Assembly (NCBI GenBank): GCA_964019335.1
Contig: OZ025725.1
Span: forward strand, 396,156 to 460,155
Direction: 5' to 3'
DNA length: 64,000 bases
Source of the DNA: Diplonema japonicum
Taxonomy: Eukaryota; Protista; Euglenozoa: Diplonemea
Both the position numbers and the translations under genes were made by a program. The notes under the pieces were generated by a model. It saw only the letters and a program-made list of their open reading frames with translations, made no database searches and was not told the DNA's origin. Of the stretch, positions 59,670-64,000 are shown piece by piece (the stretch's first letter is position 1; each line of letters begins with the position of its first letter).

Positions 59670-61741
59670 ATGGCGGACGAACAGAAAATGATTGATGGGT
59701 TCAAAAAGGATGGGAACACCGCCTTTCAGGCAGGGAGGTATGAGGAAGCAGTGGCCATGTTCTCGATGGGTCTCGAGCTGGCACCTGAGAATGAGGTGCT
59801 GTGGTCAAACAGGAGTGGCGCGTACGCCAGACAGGGCAAGTACCAGCGTGCCTTGGAAGATGCGGAAACGGTACTGAAATTAAAGCCTACGTGGGCACGA
59901 GGGTACTCCAGGAAGGCAGCAGCATACGAAGGCCTCGGGAAGGAGGCAGAGGCATTGGAGTTGTACACAACATCACTGCTGAAGGACCCGAACAACAGAG
60001 CCGTGGGGCAGGCCGTGGAGAACCTCACTATCAGAATGCAGCAAAGGAAGCAAGATGCTTTAGATGCCAACGAGGCGGGTGCTGTCAAGGCGAGGAACTT
60101 GCAAGAAGCGGGCAACGAAGCAAAGAAGGAGGGGGACCTTGAGAAGGCCCTGGAATGCTACACAGAAGCAATTCCACTGCAAAAAAACGACGAAAAGCTT
60201 GCTGTTCTCTACAGCAACCGCTCGGCAGTGCGTCTGCTGCTGGATGACAAGGAGAAAGCACTCGAAGACGCAAATAAGTGTGTGCAGCTGCGTCCTGACT
60301 GGAGCAGGGGATACACCAGAAGAGGCGCATCCTTGTGGGGCCTGGAGAGGCTAAAGGAGGCAAGGGCGGCATATTCAGAGGCGCTGATGTATGACGCTAC
60401 AAATGACGAGATACGGAAGATTATTATGAAGTTGGATGAAGAGGCGAGGATGCAGCTGGCCAAGGCGGCAAACCCGGGCTCACCCGAGGTGCTTGCACAG
60501 GAGTACAAGATGAAAGGCAACGACGAATTGAAAAAGGGGAATCTTGACGGAGCAATCGAGTACTACACCAAAGGGGTCGAGACCGACCCCAACAGTCACC
60601 TGCTGTACAGCAACAGAGCAGCTGCGTATGCATTGCAGGGAAGACACTCTGAGGTGATAGAAGACGCAAACAAGGTGATCAAGCTAGCACCCAGCTTCGC
60701 AAAGGGTTATGCTCGCAAGGCGGCAGCGATCGCAGCACTAGCGAAGGGAGATGTGAAACGTTTGCAGGGCGCTATCAAGCTGTACGTTGAAGCATCAGAG
60801 AAGGATGGAACCAATGAGGAGTATATGGAAAAAGCATTGGAATTGGAGGGCATTGTAACAAAAAAAGAAGAGGAAGAAGAAATGAAAGCGAAGGAAGAGG
60901 AGAAGGAAGACAACAACCTGCTAATGGGCTTGGTAGTTGTGGAAGACAAGAAGCAAACGCAGCAACTCACAATCGTGGAGGAACCTGAGGTGTTGGGTGA
61001 CAGGAGATTTGAACTTGAGGACTACAGGGGCGCAATTGGATACTACAGCCAAGAGCTGAAACGTGAACCGCGACACCACCTCCTGATGAAGAGGGGAATC
61101 TGTTGGACGAAAGTGAGAAGGTATCAAAGGGCGTTGATTGACTTCAGCGAAGCGACAGAAATGCACCCCACGGACTTGGAAGCCATCTGGCAGAAGGGGG
61201 ACACGTTAATCAAGATGGCAGGTGCCGAAAGTGACAAAGACCCCAACAAATCATCAACACTTTTCTGCCAAGCTGTCCTGACGTTCAAGGAAGGCAAGAA
61301 GCTAGACACGGCAGAGCACAGCAGGTTCGAAGACGCACTTCGACACGTTTTGAACGAACAGACAGCTTTTGAAATGACTAAAGAAGACAGGATTAAAGTA
61401 CTGGAAAGGACAAAGGCAAAGGCACAGGTATCGACAATCAAACATCTCACATTTTTATACTTTTAACAGACCCCTCGTAGCAAACTCGACTGGAAAGGCA
61501 TGTCAGCTGAAGAGAAAAAGCGACGACAAGACGACATGAAGAGGAAAGCCGAACAGGCGATGTTTGAAGTATGAATAAGCAAAATTCCCTTAACACCACA
61601 ATTGCACAGGACAGCTACCTACAGAAGCAGATGCGCAGGGGGAATCTCAAGGATGTTGGCATTGCTCAAGCCAAGAAGAAGAACAAGAAATTCCACAGCG
61701 GCATCGCTCACAAATACACTTATACTGAGAACGGTCTCTGA
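59670..61741 (+). CDS. Multi-TPR protein, STI1/HOP-like co-chaperone type. Introns 61428-61469, 61569-61609
   Basis: Repeated K..GN..F/L, LYSNRSAA and W.RGY.R carboxylate-clamp TPR motifs. No DP domains seen. Confidence 0.88.
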
Positions 61742-61860
61742 GAACATGCTTGGCCCCTTGCTTTGGACATTTCAGTTCTTCTTTTTTTATTGTTTACAAA
61801 TCTCGTTTTCCGAGTAGCATCCAATCCCCTCCAACACAGTCCATTCTATTTGCAAAGAAA

Positions 61861-62084
61861 ATGGCGACACTAAAGATGCTTGGGCTGATGCTTGCGGCAG
61901 GGGCGGCAGGGCAGTCAGTGACAGATTGCCAGCGCTGCATCAACAGGAACGAGCCTTGCTACAAGTCCGGGTGGGCAGAGCCGTGAAGGTAGTCCTGTCC
62001 TTCGGGGGCGCCGGGATGGGGGGCTCTTGGGGCGGGCTGGACGACTGCTGGGAGTGCTACGGGAAGGAGGACTACCCAGCAGCT
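61861..62084 (+). pseudogene. 5' part of a secreted Cys-containing protein gene, frameshifted near 61970 and cut off by the ribozyme-headed insert
   Basis: Signal peptide MATLKMLGLMLAAGAAG, then CQRC..C. Coding-like sequence continues in another frame (VGRAVKVVLSF..DCWECYGKEDYPAA) up to 62084. Confidence 0.55.
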
Positions 62085-62157
62085 GGGGGACAAAATCCAA
62101 CTCACAGCCTTCACGTGGCGTCCCCTGTAAGTAAGCTTCGGCTGAAACTAATGTGAG
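62085..62157 (+). ncRNA. HDV-like self-cleaving ribozyme (CPEB3-like core)
   Basis: P1 GGGGGAC(62085-91)/GUCCCCU(62120-26) with G1-U wobble. P2 CUCACA(62101-06)/UGUGAG(62152-57). P3 GCC/GGC around L3 UUCACGU. P4 AGC-UUCG-GCU. J4/2 CUAA with the catalytic C at 62148. Confidence 0.88.
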
Positions 62158-62361
62158 AGGTACCCAAGCTGTGGTGTGTGTGTGTGTGTGTGAACCTTGC
62201 CGGGGCTAGATTTAGAGCGGGCCCTGTTACCCATTCGCCCTGTCCTTGGTAAGCCTTGATGGTCGGAGGGGGTAAGGTAGCTGGTGTGTGCGTGGTTCCC
62301 CCCTGTGCTGTGTATCCGCTTTCGTTGTGACCGTTGCTGAATACGAAGTAGAAAAAAAAAA
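62085..62361 (+). mobile_element. Ribozyme-headed SINE-like retroposon with (GT)n tract and A-tail
   Basis: Begins exactly at ribozyme G1 where host coding sequence stops. GC-rich non-coding body ending in an A-run at 62352. TSD not identified. Confidence 0.6.
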
Positions 62362-62716
62362 GTAAACAAAACAAAAAAAAGAAAGCAACAACAAAAAAAT
62401 GAAAAGAGGTTTTTTTTTAATTCAAAGTATCTTTTTGTTTTTGATGTTGGCAGGCACTAAAACAACCTTCATACGCTAACCACATCAAAATCAAAATCTA
62501 TATCTTGGACTAAAAAAAAAACACCCACTCTTCGGAGTTAAGGGAGCTTTTTGTGCGACTCCCCCTATTTTTTGGGCAGCACCTATCTATACCTTTCCTT
62601 TTCCTTTTCCTTTTCCATTTTCCTTTACTATATTTTCTATACCTTTATTTTATACCTTGTACCTTAGTTTTAATTAAAATATTTTTAATAAATTTTTTTT
62701 TTTTTTTTTTTCAACA

Positions 62717-64000
62717 GTGGATGCAGCAGACGGGGGAGTGACGGCCAACCTGAAGAAGATGGACAAAGTGATGCGGACGGCGTGGTCGGACATCTTCTGC
62801 GCACGAACACCAGAAGACGAGCCGCAGTTCGACGAGTTCCAGAGACGGTATGGTGAGCACATCAAGAGCAACCCGATGGCACACGCCCCCATCGACGCCA
62901 AGCTGCTGAAAGAGGTGATCGGTAAGAAAGCGGACAAGGGGGCATGCGGCGTGGACGGCTGGCGGATTGGTGAGTTGAAGCGCCTGCCGGCTCCGATCCT
63001 ACAAGCGTTTGCGGACCTCTTCAACTTGATAGAGGAGACGGGCGAATGGCCGATGCAGGTCACGACGGCACTCGTATCCCTCATCCCAAAGGGGGAAGGA
63101 ACGGCACCTCTGGATCACCGACCGATCACAGTGACCAGTACCATTTACCGGCTGTGGGCAAGTGCACGACTGGTGCAGGTACTGAAATGGCAGGAGAGGT
63201 GGATCACACCACGACAACATGGTTTCAGGCCTAAACACAGCACGACCTCGGCGCTGATTGACTTATGCACGAAGCTAGAACTGGCACTGGTGGAGGACGA
63301 GCCGCTAGAAGGACTTGCATTGGACTTCAGGAAGTGCTTCGACCTGGTCCCGCAACAATTGTCGCACGAACTGATGCTGGCCCTGGGACTAGACCCAGCA
63401 ATCGCACGAGCACTCCAAGGAATGTACGGGCAGATCTCGAGGAGATTCAAGTTCCCCATAGGAATAGGGGCCACCTTTAAAGCAACGAATGGGATACTCC
63501 AGGGGTGCCCGCTGTCGGTGATCATTATAAACGCCTTACTGGCGGTGATGATCAGGACAATCGAGAAGGAAGCACCTGGAACGGAGGTTCTGTCCTATGC
63601 AGATGACACGTACCTTCTGGCAGAGTTGGAGAAGACCTTGCAGGCTGCGGTAAACGGAACTTTGGAGTTCTGCGGACTCACTGGGATGAAGCTTAACCCG
63701 GAGAAAACGGTAGCGTTTGGCACGAAGAAGGGCTTCCGGTCAAAAGTGCTGGTGATAGGACAGTAACACAGAAAGGGAGAGAGGTCGCAGTCCCCTATAG
63801 AACAGTGACGTCGTTCAAGGCACTGGGCGTGATGGTGTTCACGAACAGGACAGGAACGACGTGGAACGAGCCAGCGACGGAAGCGGCCAACAAGCTAGAC
63901 CGGCTGGGAGGGACAAGCCTGTCCTTCGAAACAAAAGGATACCTGATTGGAACATCGGTCTTGCCGTCGTGCCTCTACAGCAGCCCGTTCTCCCCTCCGA
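62717..64000 (+). mobile_element. Non-LTR retrotransposon reverse transcriptase, 5'-truncated, frameshift near 63755-63780, continues past window end
   Basis: ACGVDGW, LIPKG, HRPITV, QHGFRP, LDFRKCFD, GILQGCPLS and YADD, then SFKALGV in a shifted frame. Confidence 0.92.

Noticed and set aside
62085-62132. Coding exon end GGQNPTHSLHVASP with a GTAAGT donor at 62127
   Set aside because: The same bases form the ribozyme P1-P3 pairings. GTAAGT is not seen at any other donor here, and splicing to the AG at 62717 gives a stop after seven codons.
1-64000. Stop-codon reassignment or non-canonical introns
   Set aside because: All interruptions in conserved host genes are explained by GT-AG introns under the standard code.

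Overview
Eukaryotic nuclear DNA, most likely a euglenozoan and probably a diplonemid. The evidence is about 22 host genes all on the + strand with spacers often only 40-120 nt, 35 predicted GT-AG introns (34 of them 31-62 nt, mostly GTATG donors and AC-rich acceptors), and a euglenozoan-type LSU rRNA fragment. Recognisable genes are RPB2, NDUFV2, an eIF4E, a CaMK-like kinase with LRRs, a B-box/metacaspase/EF-hand fusion, F-box/LRR, WD40, FYVE and TPR proteins, a DUF1749 hydrolase, a 4xCX9C protein, a G8-domain surface protein and a giant DUF3638/DUF3645-type protein. Compact gene blocks alternate with homopolymer-rich islands, several of which hold mobile elements: a MULE with TIRs and a 9-bp TSD, a piggyBac remnant, MITE-like foldbacks and a 5'-truncated non-LTR RT. 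Two findings stand out. (1) A complete HDV-like (CPEB3-like) self-cleaving ribozyme fold at 62085-62157 heads a ~275-nt A-tailed SINE-like insert that truncates a host gene. (2) Two sequence-unrelated elements (24183-25136 and 27684-28350) share one asymmetric architecture, a terminal hairpin plus an inverted-repeat-bounded body, and one carries a decayed Crypton-like tyrosine recombinase N-terminus. Gene models were spliced by eye and no database searches were run.
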